A stretch of DNA of 64,000 bases from Centruroides vittatus (lineage: Eukaryota), in assembly GCF_030686945.1 (NCBI RefSeq), contig NW_027122668.1, forward strand, positions 60,099-124,098. The letters run 5' to 3'. Under the pieces are notes generated by a model. It saw only the letters and a program-made list of their open reading frames with translations, made no database searches and was not told the origin of the DNA. A program made the position numbers and the translations under genes. This document shows, piece by piece, positions 50,480 to 61,908 of this stretch; the first letter of the stretch is position 1; each line of letters starts with the position of its first letter.

Positions 50480-51534
50480 ACCCTTGTCTCTGTGATAGAA
50501 GGCAAACATTATACGAATTACTGTAATTCTGAATTGCACAATTCAATGTGTTTCGAAGAGAAACAAATGCAAAATACGCGCCCTGGGGCCTTAGTCTCGA
50601 GTTTTTCGTGTTTCAACTCCCAACGTGTCACGTGGTACCATCTCGCACACGGACGTCAAATCGGTAATCTCGAGTTATAACTCCTGTCTCACCATGTGAG
50701 TTGCTACTCACGTTGAGTCGAGCATGTGAGATCGCTACACGAAAGTGAAAATGAATTTGCTGTTCTGATCGCAATCGAAGCATTAGAAAAAGCTGAAAGA
50801 CGTTATATAAGAAGGCAAAGAATTTTTCGACCAGTTATTTAATATAATTTATATTATTATTATTATTTTTAATAATACAGTAATATAAATTATTAAGAGT
50901 CTCCTCTGCATCCATTTAATGTTCACTGATCAAAACTTTATAGCAGTTTGTATAATTTTGAGTATTATAATCTTTTTATATTAATATCAACTGAACAGGG
51001 ACTATTCCGATAGTCCGAAATGCATTTTGATTATTTCATAATAATTTTTCATTTAATCGAGTTTTAATCGAGTTTACATCCCTTTTGTTTTATTAAATGT
51101 ATAGTACTACATTGATACCTGAATATTTGTGCTTATTATCACTGGTGTGATAAGTCCTTATTATCTACCCCACATTAGTAGGTATTTAATTAATTTAATT
51201 AAACCAAGGGCTAAAACAATTCTTTGTAATAATTGAGCCGTTTACAGGACAAATCGACTAACTCCATTTGTAAATCCTTAATATAATCGTCATTATTTTA
51301 AAATTTTTCACGTAACTAATTTTATATATCGTTATATTAAAGCATAGCTTTAATATAACGATATATAAAAATATATTCTGCAATGTTTATTTAAATTGAA
51401 AGTTTAAAGGGAATTTTAAAAAATAATTTATATTATCAATTTTTATACTTTTTGTTTTGTGGAGTTAATCGATTTGGCAAGTGAGCCGCTCAATTCACGT
51501 CGATTTGTTTACCACTTGTTACTGTTAAGTTGAT

Positions 51535-52245
51535 TGGTTGAATCATTATACCGTACGTTTCTATATTCAACGGTTGACTCAACAGTGAGAAGAAAACGTT
51601 TCTAAATGGACCGTCGAGTTCTCCGTTGAGACTAGTGACGTCAGCGCTGTTTTACCGTTGAGCTCAACGGTCTCAACGACCTGAAAGACCGTTGAGTATT
51701 CAACGAACTAACATGGCAGCTTCCACGAAAAAGTAAATTTCGCTTATAGAAACTATTCATTCGCTCTTGCTGTGGATGCTGTAATAGCGGACAGATTAAT
51801 GAACGATCTGTATATAATAAAACATGTGATTGCATGATTGTGTTGGATAATTTGGTCAATATTGAAGTATTAAGATTTTTTTTTCATTTGTCCAAAATTG
51901 ATTACGACCGATATTTGGCTCTCTTTAAGTCTTCCTAATGATATAAATATTCAAGAAATTAATTAAAATTATTAAAGACCAAGTATACTAGAAAATGATA
52001 CAGATAAGGGTTCATTTGAATAAAAGAATTTATTCGAATAGTGGATAAGCGAGTTACTTTAATTATTTAGCAAAACAGGCACAATCGTTGCCTTCTCTTT
52101 AATTAAGTCGGCCATCATGAAAAGTGCCCTTTCAACGGAAACGTTTTTTTTTCTACAAAACGTGACCTCAGATCGTTCAACGGAGGGACTCAACGGAAAA
52201 TTCACTGTTGAGTCAACCGTTGAATATAGAAACGTAAGGATAGTC
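51535..52245. mobile_element. MITE-like element with subterminal CCGTTGAG/CAACGG repeats in inverted termini
   Basis: TACGTTTCTATATTCAACGGTTGACTCAACAGTGA at 51536-51570 is inverted at 52196-52245. There are multiple CCGTTGAG copies inside both ends, and a TGACGTCA motif at ~51627. Confidence 0.5.
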
Positions 52246-52715
52246 GCAAACCCAGATGCATTGTAAATAATCCCATCGTGCTTAACGACACGCGTAAACA
52301 ACTGAATATCACCTACTTCCGCTCGCCTTTCAAGTTCGCTCGAAGGGTCTAACTCGAGACTACCGATTATGTGAGTAACACAAATGAGTTCAATGACGTC
52401 AGTTCGAGTACAACACGAAAAACTCGAGACTAAGGGCCCTGCATGAAATGCCGTATAATAGGGGAAGGTGGTGCAAGATGGGGCCATGGATAAGACGGGG
52501 ACGTCTGTTTATTTGTGGTTAACGTGCTTTCATCTAGCTGTTATTTGAGGAACTAAATGTCAACCTCAAAAGGGATCACGGGACGAGAGAACGTCCGAAC
52601 GGCTCTCTTTGTTCGGAAGTAAGACAGTTTTCCATGTTTCATCAGTACTTTATCTAATTTTACGCCCGCTACAAAGTTTCTACAAAATAAGTATTATTGT
52701 GAACTTTTACATTAC

Positions 52716-53052
52716 CATTCTCCTATTCCCACTCAGACTCTTTTAAATTGTAAAACAAACACACCTTAACGCTGAGAACTTTAAATTTAATCATAAAAAC
52801 AAACGTTTTCAATGGGACATCTTCAGGTTAACAACATTCGAATATCAATTTCGAACAACCAGTTCAAATTAAAATAAATTACAATAGAATTCACGCGCGA
52901 TACTGAACTATTGAAATTTATTTTAATTTGAACTGGTTGTTCGAAATTGATATTCGAATGTTGTTAACCTGAAGATGTCCCATTGAAAACGTTTGTTTTT
53001 TTTGATTAAATTTAAAGTTCTCAGCGTTAAGGTGTGTTTATTTTACTATTTT
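52716..53052. repeat. Near-perfect foldback (hairpin) element, ~165-bp arms, loop centred at ~52895
   Basis: CACTCAGACTCTTTTAAATTGTAAAACAAACACACCTTAACGCTGAGAAC...TCGAACAACCAGTTCAAATT is mirrored exactly on the other side. A single-arm relative lies at 44596-44760. Confidence 0.75.
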
Positions 53053-53405
53053 ACATTACCTTTTAAAGATATTGTGGTATTCGAAGTAATCTTTAAGACT
53101 GAAATTGTTTAGTTTTGAAATAAAGTTGACCCGTGTTTGCAGTCAGTATGAAAAGTGCACGTTGGGCAAGATGGTGGAAGCAAGATGGTAGGGGCAAGAA
53201 GACCCCATCTTGACCAAGGTTGGCCACGAATTCTGCTGCTGGCTAGAGGCACTGCAATATAGTGCAGTGAACTAGTTTTAAATTTGTTGTCTGATAATTC
53301 TATATCATCTTTTCGAAAATATAAAATAATAATTTTAAAAATGATCTTTTTATAGCAAATGAAATATTCCACTCTTAAATCATATCTAACTGTAATAAAT
53401 TTATA

Positions 53406-53856
53406 CAGTATACCGTATTTCACGGACTATAAGACGCACCCTAATTTTTAAGCAATTTTTTTAAAAAATAACATTTTTACCATTTTTATTATTAGATTGC
53501 AAAGCCAGACTAAAGAAAATTTTCTTAGTTTATAAAACCGAACTGACCTTTAAAATTCCTGAAAATCGTCATCTGAACTTTCTTCTTTTTCCTCTTCGTC
53601 ATCATCGTTGTCCTCTTCATATATAAGACGGTCTTCACTGCCATCGAGAGCGTTACTTATGCCGCACTTCTTGAAAAATTTAACAATAATGTCTTCTCTC
53701 ACTCTAGACCACGACTGTTTTATCCACTGACACACTTGTTTGATTTTAAATCAAACACTGGACATTTTTATATTAATTTCCAGTATAAGACGCACCTGAA
53801 TTTTGGAGGCAATTTTTCGAAGAAGTGCTTCTCATAGTCCGTAAAATACGGTATAC
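53406..53856 (-). mobile_element. pogo/Tigger-derived MITE (451 bp) with TA target-site duplication, retaining the transposase C-terminal coding tail
   Basis: Termini are TA|CAGTATACCGTATTTCACGGACTATAAGACGCACC...GGTGCGTCTTATACTGG...ATAGTCCGTAAAATACGGTATACTG|TA. The internal ORF 53550-53735(-) reads CQWIKQSWSRVREDIIVKFFKKCGISNALDGSED plus an acidic tail. That is the conserved pogo/Tigger transposase C-terminus. Confidence 0.65.
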
Positions 53857-54565
53857 TGTATTACTTTATTATTTATGTTTTTACGTTTTATTTTATTTAT
53901 GAAAACATTTTTTAAATTTAAATACGATCTTAACAAGAAATAAAATGTCAGATAACAATTGAAATAAAAATTTTTTCCACGAAAAAAATGTCGTCTGCTT
54001 ACAAAATAGCGAAACTGAGCATGCGCGAAGTGACAGTATCGTCTGGTAAAGTAAATACGAGTAAGTTCAAACTTTTATATTTATTTATTCGGAAAATAAT
54101 AATAAATGTAGCCGTTGTGATAAATGGGCACACTGTTCTTGTACCAATATTGAAGAAAACAACATTTTACCGTTTTAATTTGTCCTTTTTGTATATAAAA
54201 ATAATATCCCCATCTTACCCTTTGAGTGGGGCAAGATGGTGCATTTTCATATAATTTAAAAAAATTAAATTTTCTTGTTTTTAAAAACGTTTTTCAAAAA
54301 ATAAATTTTGTATTATATATTACCAAATGTTGTAGTTGCTGAGAATAAAAAAAAAATATTGTTTTCATTAAAGTGGCTGCCATCTTATGACTTTTCAAAC
54401 CTTAACGTCCTCATCCTGTCCTACCTTCCCCTATACGTAGTATTTCGTCTGCAACAGGAAAAAAGTATTCAGGAGGCGTATTTCGCATTTGTGTCTCTTC
54501 GAAACACCTTAAATTGTGCAATTCAGAATTACAGGAATTCGTATAATGTTTGCCTTCTATCACAG

Positions 54566-54571
54566 AGACAA
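54566..54571 (-). terminator. Pol III terminator (T-run on minus strand) after the second tRNA-Tyr
   Basis: A6 run on plus is a T6 run immediately 3' of the minus-strand tRNA. Confidence 0.55.
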
Positions 54572-54575
54572 GGGT

Positions 54576-54658
54576 AAAAAAGTCCTCCGTCGAGGCGGAT
54601 TTGAACCACCGACTTATGGATAACTACTCCACTACAGTCCACCGCTCTACCAGCTGAG
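54576..54658 (-). tRNA. tRNA-Tyr (GTA) second copy, intron-containing, convergent with the first
   Basis: Reverse complement reads CCGTCGATAGCTCAGCTGGTAGAGCGGTGGACTGTAG[tggagtagtt]ATCCATAAGTCGGTGGTTCAAATCCGCCTCGACGGA. It differs from the + copy by 3 substitutions. Confidence 0.9.
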
Positions 54659-55040
54659 CTATCGACGGAACGAACGAAAATTCTACAAACGTACGTGAAG
54701 TACTTTGTTTCTGCCAAACTCGTTTATTCAGTAATGTTGCTGCTGGTTAGGTTTCGCATTTTGAGCGTTCAGCATTACACCGTTCCGGGACGTTGGCATT
54801 CGGCAAATCAGATGTAAGAAGAAATACACAAAAAAGTCGGCATATTGCGAAATTTGAAATAAATCCTTCAGTGTTTACCGAGACGAATTGTTGACGCTTT
54901 GGCATAGTCTCTCGGGTTATTAATTATGGTAAGTATCATCGCTCCCGATCATTCGTCATGCTACTGCAGCCAATATTTTAATTGGTGCCAACCGTTGTGG
55001 AGAGATTGGTGAAAATGCTTGTATCGAAAAATGCGATTAC

Positions 55041-55122
55041 GACGAGGTGGCCGAGCGGTTAAGGCGATGGACTGCTAATCCATTGGGTTATACCCGCGTG
55101 GGTTCGAATCCCACCCTCGTCG
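55041..55122 (+). tRNA. tRNA-Ser (anticodon GCT) with long variable arm
   Basis: GACGAGGTGGCCGAGCGGTTAAGGCGATGGACTGCTAATCCATTGGGTTATACCCGCGTGGGTTCGAATCCCACCCTCGTCG. Canonical class-II tRNA-Ser(AGY), followed by a T7 run. Confidence 0.9.
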
Positions 55123-55129
55123 TTTTTTT
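55123..55129 (+). terminator. Pol III terminator T7 after tRNA-Ser
   Basis: TTTTTTT directly abuts the tRNA 3' end. Confidence 0.6.
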
Positions 55130-56556
55130 CCCTCCGCCTACGTTTAGATGGAGCTGTGCTGTCTCTAATACAGTACATCAAAGAGTTGTTTTGAATGAAC
55201 TGTTTTATGATTATCAGTGAGTGATTTTATTTGTATATCTATTTCATATACTTATATACGGAATTCTCGTAAAATCCGAGTAAAAGAGGGTCGCAAATGG
55301 AGAATGTTTAAGCTTTAGTGTGACTGACGTAGAATGGTTGACCATAATGGATCGTTTTTGACGTTTTTAACATGCAGAATGATACTGTCTTCTAATACTG
55401 CCAAATTTTCAACATGTCCTCGATAAAGCAATTTCGTTTGGACACACTTTTCAAGTATCATCATAAACGAAACTTTTTTGGTGTTTTCAGCATCTAAAGT
55501 ACAATAGTGGTGAGTTTGGTAACATCCATTTTCTTATAGAAATGTCTTCTGCATATCATGAAATGTCACCATACCAAATTTAGTTGAATTTCAACTGCTA
55601 AATCTCTCTCGAGACAACGTTGAACAGCTGTAATTACAATAACCTTGTATATTAATAATTCTTTTTCTTAATAAACCTACAGTATATTAAGAAAACAATG
55701 AAGAGTTTGTCTATATGAAATTAAAATCGAATTTCTTACCATTTTATAGTTCCACGAATTGCAAAACGACAATAAAGATATTAATAAGAAAACATTTTAT
55801 TATAAACAACAAGATTTTTCTGTTGACAAAAATATGAAGTGACTTCATTGAAAATATATTTACATTGATTTACATAATATAAAATATAATAATGCGATTT
55901 TATAAAATTGATTTCGTTGTCAATTAGTTAAGAGATTGGATTGATAAAACACTTGACTCGATGCTTCCCGATATGCCAAGCAGAGGTGTCGCCCAAGAGG
56001 TCTTCCTGAGGCCGGTTTCCCTCTATTTATATTTAAGCACGTGAAGAAAAATCGGAAAACTCCACGCGCCAACCCGGGCACGTGGAGTTTTCCGGGTGAA
56101 CCTACTTTGCTTATATCTTCAGAGGAGAATCATTTGTTGTTATTCCCATTATAAGCGACCGTATCTGGAATTACGTAAACCATTTTTAAAAAACACGATT
56201 ATAACAATGTATTTTTAACATAAAATTCAATTTACCTTTTAGAATTTACATTCCAAACTTTCAGTTGATTATTACAATTTTAAATATTGAAACTTCTGAT
56301 ACACGTTGTACGTATCAACAACTGTAAAGAATTCATTTAAAATTTGCATAATATATTTCTAAAGTTAATTTTTTATAAATTTAAATTTAATAGTAAATTG
56401 TAATTATTTATAAACAATTATGTGATACATTTTTCTAATTTTACATTGATTTATTCATAGTCCAAGTTACTGAATGAGTAACAGCGATGTAATTAATCAT
56501 AATTAATAATTCATAAACATAATTATTGCACCATAATTAAATTTTATACGTTTTTA

Positions 56557-57341
56557 CTATAATTGGCCCATATTTTTCCCAGGAAAGTTCAAAATATTCC
56601 TCAACTTACCGGATTGGCAATCATTAAATACATCCAAGATCACATAACATTGCGGCTTATACAGTTTAATGATATTCTTCACGGCATGATTTAAGATTTT
56701 ACGAAATTTTTCTATCTTTTCTGATAGCATAAGGGGATTTATTCCATAATTTAATAAGCGATGATGATATCTCCTTCGAATTATATGAATATTCCTCGGA
56801 TGATACGATCTTATGTTTTCCGTTTCGAGATCTATAAAATACAATTAAATTACATCAAGTTTGATTAATCACAAGAAAGAAAAGTAAATAAACAAATCAC
56901 CGTGTTCCAAAAATATCCAAATCTTCAAAATTTTTATAAAAAGCTTTCCAAATTCCTTATAAAAATTGTTAACTAAGTCGGATAGTGTCGTTATATTGTT
57001 GACAAATTCCTCGTGTTTGTCATCAACTATGGACAAAATGACGGAAGCGTAAGAGAAATCGATGAAATTTAAATGTTTCTTGTACTTCAGGGCAATGTCT
57101 ACATAAGCTAACTTGTACAGATTTCTTTCACTAATCAGCAACTTTAACATGAGAAAATATAAAATAATTCATTTTATTTTGCTTCGAAACAAATTAAAAT
57201 ATTAAAGATATTTACCAAATCTGTTTCAAGATCCTTTGAAATGACGTTCCTAATCAGTTGCATATTTTTAATTAGTTGAATGTTTATAATGTCTATCATG
57301 TAATTCATACACAAAAGTTTCGTCTGATGAAGTTTTATTAT
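56557..57341 (-). pseudogene. Diverged RT-like remnant, copy 2
   Basis: MIDIINIQLIKNMQLIRNVISKDLETDL, then LYKLAYVDIALKYKKHLNFIDFSYAS (motif A-like), then NIHIIRRRYHHRLLNY...KPQCYVILDVFNDC. Same block order as the other copies. Confidence 0.4.
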
Positions 57342-58378
57342 CTAAAATATACAAAAGTTAATTCATTACTAAAGTATTTCACACTATATTTGTATTGCGC
57401 GATATGTTTTTTAATGTTTATTATTTAATATGTACAAAAGTCTTTATTAAATTATGGTGCATTAATATTTTCGTTAACTGTAATATCAGGTCATTTAAAA
57501 AGGTGTTCTCAATGTTTAATGTCATCACTTGAAATATATAAGGCTGGGTGAAAAATAACTAGGCATTGATAAATCACTGTAATTACTATCTGTCTAATGC
57601 AAATATGATGAAAATTATTTGTCTTATACCATGTTGAGTGCAAATATAGTTGAAATCTTAAATATAGACACCGGCGCCATCAACTAATAATACGTTCCTC
57701 GGATCGTGTTGTGAATGAATGGACACTTCTCTGTGAGTCTGCAGTCGAATCTGTAGCCATTTTAGTTTCAAATGACAATTCTGATTGTTTTCGGCCGAAT
57801 TGTGGCATGGTGTCTTTCACAGTACGCTACTATTTCTACACTGCAATCACTGATTTCCATACCTGATAGCGTGCAGCAATCTGCGCTCCTCCCGAACAGA
57901 CAAATGGTCGGCTATCTTTTGTGCCACTGAGCGTGTAATTTCACTCGGTCACTAATAATAATAATAATACTTTATTAACATAATAGGCATAGCTTGTTAC
58001 AATGGGGGTATATATAATTCCAACAATAACCAAAATGTAAGCGAACATCAGATAACAATATTGAATGTTAACTTCCTGTTTTGACATTATAAAGGATTTC
58101 ATAAATTTATATTCATGATTTGTTTGACATTGTTGTATAAAAGTATAGATTTCTCTAGTGGTAGCTTGATCAAATTTGCTATACATATTACTTTCGTTTT
58201 TTTACTTATCACTTAAACCGCTAATGGTTTTCAACTCTGGTCTTTCTTCCTTATCACAATCATAGAATAAATGCATTTTAGTTAAAAAATTTCCGACACC
58301 AAGGACATATAGTGTGTGCAAATTCTATGAATTTATCTTCTATAATTAAACCTTTATGATTGAGTCTCAGCTGTGTAA

Positions 58379-60480
58379 ATTTTTTTTTTTTTTAACTTTA
58401 AATGCTAGATTAAGAAAATAGTAGTTGTTAACATAAGGGTAATGAAATAGTTTGTTATAATAAAACTTGTTATTCTTTTTCAGCACATCCTCAGTATCTT
58501 GAACAACGGAATACTCTATGACTCTATATATTACTTGATTAATTAATTTGCTGATTGTTATTTCTGAGGTAATCGATGACTAGGTCAATAGAAAAACTAT
58601 ATCCATTCAAAATTAGGGACAGTTGCGTTATCCAATTTCGATTTATATTTATTCTCTTTGATCTGTCATCTAAGGCAATTAATTACAAGTCTTATAGATA
58701 AATCTTCTGTGTTTATGATCTTTTGTAGCCATTTAATATATCCTTTAACCAAGACTGTGTTTAGCTTAAATCTTTTGAATTCTAAACGAGGTACACTTTC
58801 TGGCGTTTTATATTCTAATTGGTACAATTTGCGAATAAAAATATTTTAGATTTTTTCTAAATCGTTAAATTTGTTTCGAGTCCAAATTGGAGCAGCATAG
58901 CACAACGCGTATAACACTACATAATTAAATAGTAGAAAGTGGGTCCTATTATTTATCATCTTCGCTTTGCAAAATAAGGTTATTAAATTATTCATCAGAT
59001 TTATAGACTTTGCAACAATGTATCTGTAGTATTTATCAAAGGATAAATTATACATCCATGTAATTCCCAAAAATTTATTTTCGTTGAGGATTTTTATTTT
59101 TTCATTATTGATGTAGAAAGACATAGCTTTTTTTCGACAATCTTGTCCCATTTCTGAAGATCATAACTTCGGATTTACTAAAGTTTATTTTGACTTTTAA
59201 ATTATTTAAGTTTAATATCCACGTTTCAGTGATGCCGATGACTATAAAATATTTTGTACTTGTGGTATGCAATTTACTTCTAAGTCCCTGACAATTCCAA
59301 AAGCTAATTAAAATTTCGTTAGGTTTGATCGTAGCGGCCGATGCACTATTCTCAATATCGCTGTAATTGACCAACTTTGAATCATTGTCAATCTTATTTA
59401 TATCGTTATAATCTATGCAAACAGTTTCCTTGATATTAGATAGTATATTTGTTGTTGTAACTATGTTTTTTGTGTTAGACTGATAGTTTGATCTAAAAAT
59501 AGATTAATTGGTATGATTTCATTGGTGTACATGTCAAGAGTATATTTGAGATTATTTTTAATGAAATGATCTTCTCTAGTTAATATTCTTGTGTCCGCCG
59601 AAAATTCAGCTTTGATTTTATTAATGAGGTGTCTTCTTCTAATTCTGGATCTATAGCATAAGTCTGACTTCATAAAAATTTTATTAGTCTCGTTTTCCAA
59701 GTTGGATTTTTTCAGCCAAAATTTTTTTTAAATGAGATTTCTGTCTCCGACCGATGACGTAGTTATTTTTATTACTTGGTCTTTTAAACCACTTTTTCCT
59801 AATTGAATTAAATTGTCAATTTCTATATTCTTAAAGAATTCATTGTGTCAGAATTGGATATTATTACTATCATTATAAATTATTATTACTATCATTATAA
59901 ATTCTGTCCAATTCAAATTCGAACGTACCTTTTAAGTTTAGGCCCAACTTTGTTTTGTCTTCACATATTTGGATTTTATGTTCAATGGTTTTCACATCTT
60001 CTTTGGTTCTGATATTATTTTGTTCTATACGGCTGATTTCGTATTTAATTGACCCAATTTCCTGGTTTAACAGCTCAAATTTCCTTTGAATTAAGTCGTA
60101 AATTGACTTGAGCGAGTACTTCGGATCATTGTCGCTTGTTTGATCAGACTGATCCGATGATTCGAAGTAATCAATAATCTTGGATTTTTTCGTTGTCTCT
60201 CTATGATCTTTTATCTTTTCTTCAATTATATTTTCTTCACTTATTAAATCCATTAATTGACTCGTATTTTCTGAGCTTTGAGCAATTACCTTTTTCAGTC
60301 GTCCACGCCCCTTCTTTTGCATAACTGATTGGCTTGTACTTGGCGGAGAATGTTGCAACGGGCCCGGATTTGTTTCCACACCGGAAATTATTAACAATAA
60401 TAGTATCAAATTCAATGAAAACGAATTCATCATGAGACTGTTAAACGATTGGTATCGTATTTTAAAACAAACAATTTGTC
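58379..60480 (-). mobile_element. Internally deleted non-LTR retrotransposon (ORF1 with N-terminal 2A-like peptide; APE start fused to RT C-terminal region; poly(A) tail)
   Basis: ORF1 at 59873-60433. ORF 59105-59374 has an APE-like N-terminus (ISFWNCQGLRSKL...ITETW) that runs directly into the RT distal region (KINFSKSEVMIFRNG). ORF 58846-59151 carries the RT thumb region (KFLGITW..D...VRP-like). The T14 run on plus at 58379-58392 is a poly(A) tail on minus. 5' and 3' boundaries are approximate. Confidence 0.55.
59873..60433 (-). CDS. LINE ORF1-like protein with N-terminal hydrophobic tract plus a 2A-like GVETNPGP motif, followed by a coiled-coil region
   Basis: MMNSFSLNLILLLLIISGVETNPGP (motif nt 60359-60382). 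The downstream region is Lys/Glu-rich with heptad-like segments (LLNQEIGSIKYEISRIEQNN), as in LINE ORF1 proteins. Confidence 0.55.
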   Translation of the reverse strand: MMNSFSLNLILLLLIISGVETNPGPLQHSPPSTSQSVMQKKGRGRLKKVIAQSSENTSQLMDLISEENIIEEKIKDHRETTKKSKIIDYFESSDQSDQTSDNDPKYSLKSIYDLIQRKFELLNQEIGSIKYEISRIEQNNIRTKEDVKTIEHKIQICEDKTKLGLNLKGTFEFELDRIYNDSNNNL

Positions 60481-61149
60481 ATAGCACTTGTTTAACACTC
60501 TGAACCAAAAAGTCACCAGCACCGACGATGGTTTACAGCGCCCCGGATGACTCGGTCACTATCCATACCAACCATGCGAAAATTTTAAATTCCATTGATT
60601 GATGTATATGCACACAAATTTTATTATTACAAAAATTATAGCGATTTCTCTTTACCTAGACCTAGTTACTTTCCACCCATCCTTATATATATATAAACTT
60701 ATATAGAGAAAAGATATATTGCTACTAATGTATTCTATAATAGAGAGTAACTTATAAAAACCTCTACAATTATTTTATTTTCAAGATAAATTGTTACATA
60801 AAAATGATTTTCATTCATTATAACTATAAGTATTTAAAAATTACTAACCAGTAATGACTTTTCCAACAAATCTATTGACTTGAAAATTCTTCTAGAGATT
60901 AATAGTTTTCCCAAATTTTCTCTGGAATCTTCAGATAAAAATTTATTATGGTTTTTATAAATAAATGAAAAAACATATTAAAATAATTAATAAATTAAAA
61001 GTTTTACTTAAAATGGCTGATAGTATTTTAATTAAAATTATGTATACACTGTATTTTTTAATTGGCCTATCAGTGAACGTTTTAACTGTTTTACATAATT
61101 CTGCAGAGACGTAGTCTCAATAAAAGGGTGTCTGTGCGAACAAACACTG

Positions 61150-61908
61150 TTCTGGGTGATTAGACATGGCGGCAAGAAAGATCACTTAGTTTTTTCAAAT
61201 TTTTACCTAATAAGCAGTCGTAGAAAATATCTTGTGGGCAATAACAGACGAATTTATCTGCTAAATCATTCAATCCCGCATCATCCAAATCTCGCAGAAG
61301 TTCTAAGAGTTCATCGGCGTATAATAGAAACAATGATTTAAAAGCTTCTATAAACCTACGAATTAATATATATTCCTCTTCTGATTTCTTTCCTGAAAGA
61401 TCATCAGATAAATATTAAGATTCGATCATAAAATTTTTGTATTAATTAATTTTTGAATCTTTCTTACCCAATTTCGAAGACTTGCAATATTTTAGTACTG
61501 AAATGTAACTGTTAATTCTGAGTTTCTTGAATTTGTTACAACATGGTATTAAATATTTAATTATTTTAAAGAATTTTACGATGTCATCGTCTCCTTTCTG
61601 GTAGGGGAATAAGGTAAAATGTTCGAATTTGAACTTATTGTCAGCATATTTGAATGCGAAGTCGAGTAATACGAATTTGAAAAACTTCACTTCATCCAGA
61701 GTTCTCTAAAAATTATTTAACGGGTTAATTTATCAATTGTTTTTAAATTTTACGAGTAAACTTTATACTCACCAAAAATTCGGAATTTATATATTCTGTA
61801 GAGAATTCATGAACAAAAGATTCAACGTTTTCTATCATACTCATTGTGATAAAACATTTCATTTTATTCTTGTCATTCAGGCGCAAAAAATAGGAGCTTT
61901 CGGACATT
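61150..61908 (-). pseudogene. Diverged RT-like remnant, copy 3 (best preserved)
   Basis: SYFLRLNDKNKMKCFITMSMIENVESFVHEF, then KFVLLDFAFKYADNKFKFEHFTLFPYQKG...KYLIPCCNKFKKLRINSYIS (motif A through the FRVRVNGS-like region), then EEYILIRRFIEAFKSLFLLYADELL (YADD-like). Segments are separated by short GT..AG-bounded gaps of 67 and ~65 bp. Confidence 0.4.

Larger units (their letters stand above)
49977..50582. repeat. Left arm of a large inverted duplication (~600 bp), carries tRNA-Tyr(+) and the pseudo-tRNA-Ser
   Basis: The reverse complement of 54468-55085 aligns with few mismatches. Examples: AATTCGTCTCGGTAAACACTGAAGG, AACGATGTAATGCTGAACGCTCAAAATGCGAAACC. Confidence 0.85.
54468..55085. repeat. 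Right arm of the inverted duplication, carries tRNA-Tyr(-) and the 5' half of tRNA-Ser(+)
   Basis: See the left arm. The arms diverge inside tRNA-Ser on the outer side, and near 50582/54468 on the inner side. Confidence 0.85.

Noticed and set aside
50580-50612. Possible additional tRNA or Pol III gene in the spacer next to tRNA-Tyr
   Set aside because: No cloverleaf-compatible sequence was found. GGTTCAAATCC/GGTTCGAATCC T-loop signatures occur only in the three annotated tRNAs and the truncated Ser copy.
52059-52487. 142-aa ORF on the minus strand
   Set aside because: It lies entirely across MITE inverted repeats (CCGTTGAG arrays) and is low-complexity with no family resemblance. It is an ORF created by repeat sequence.
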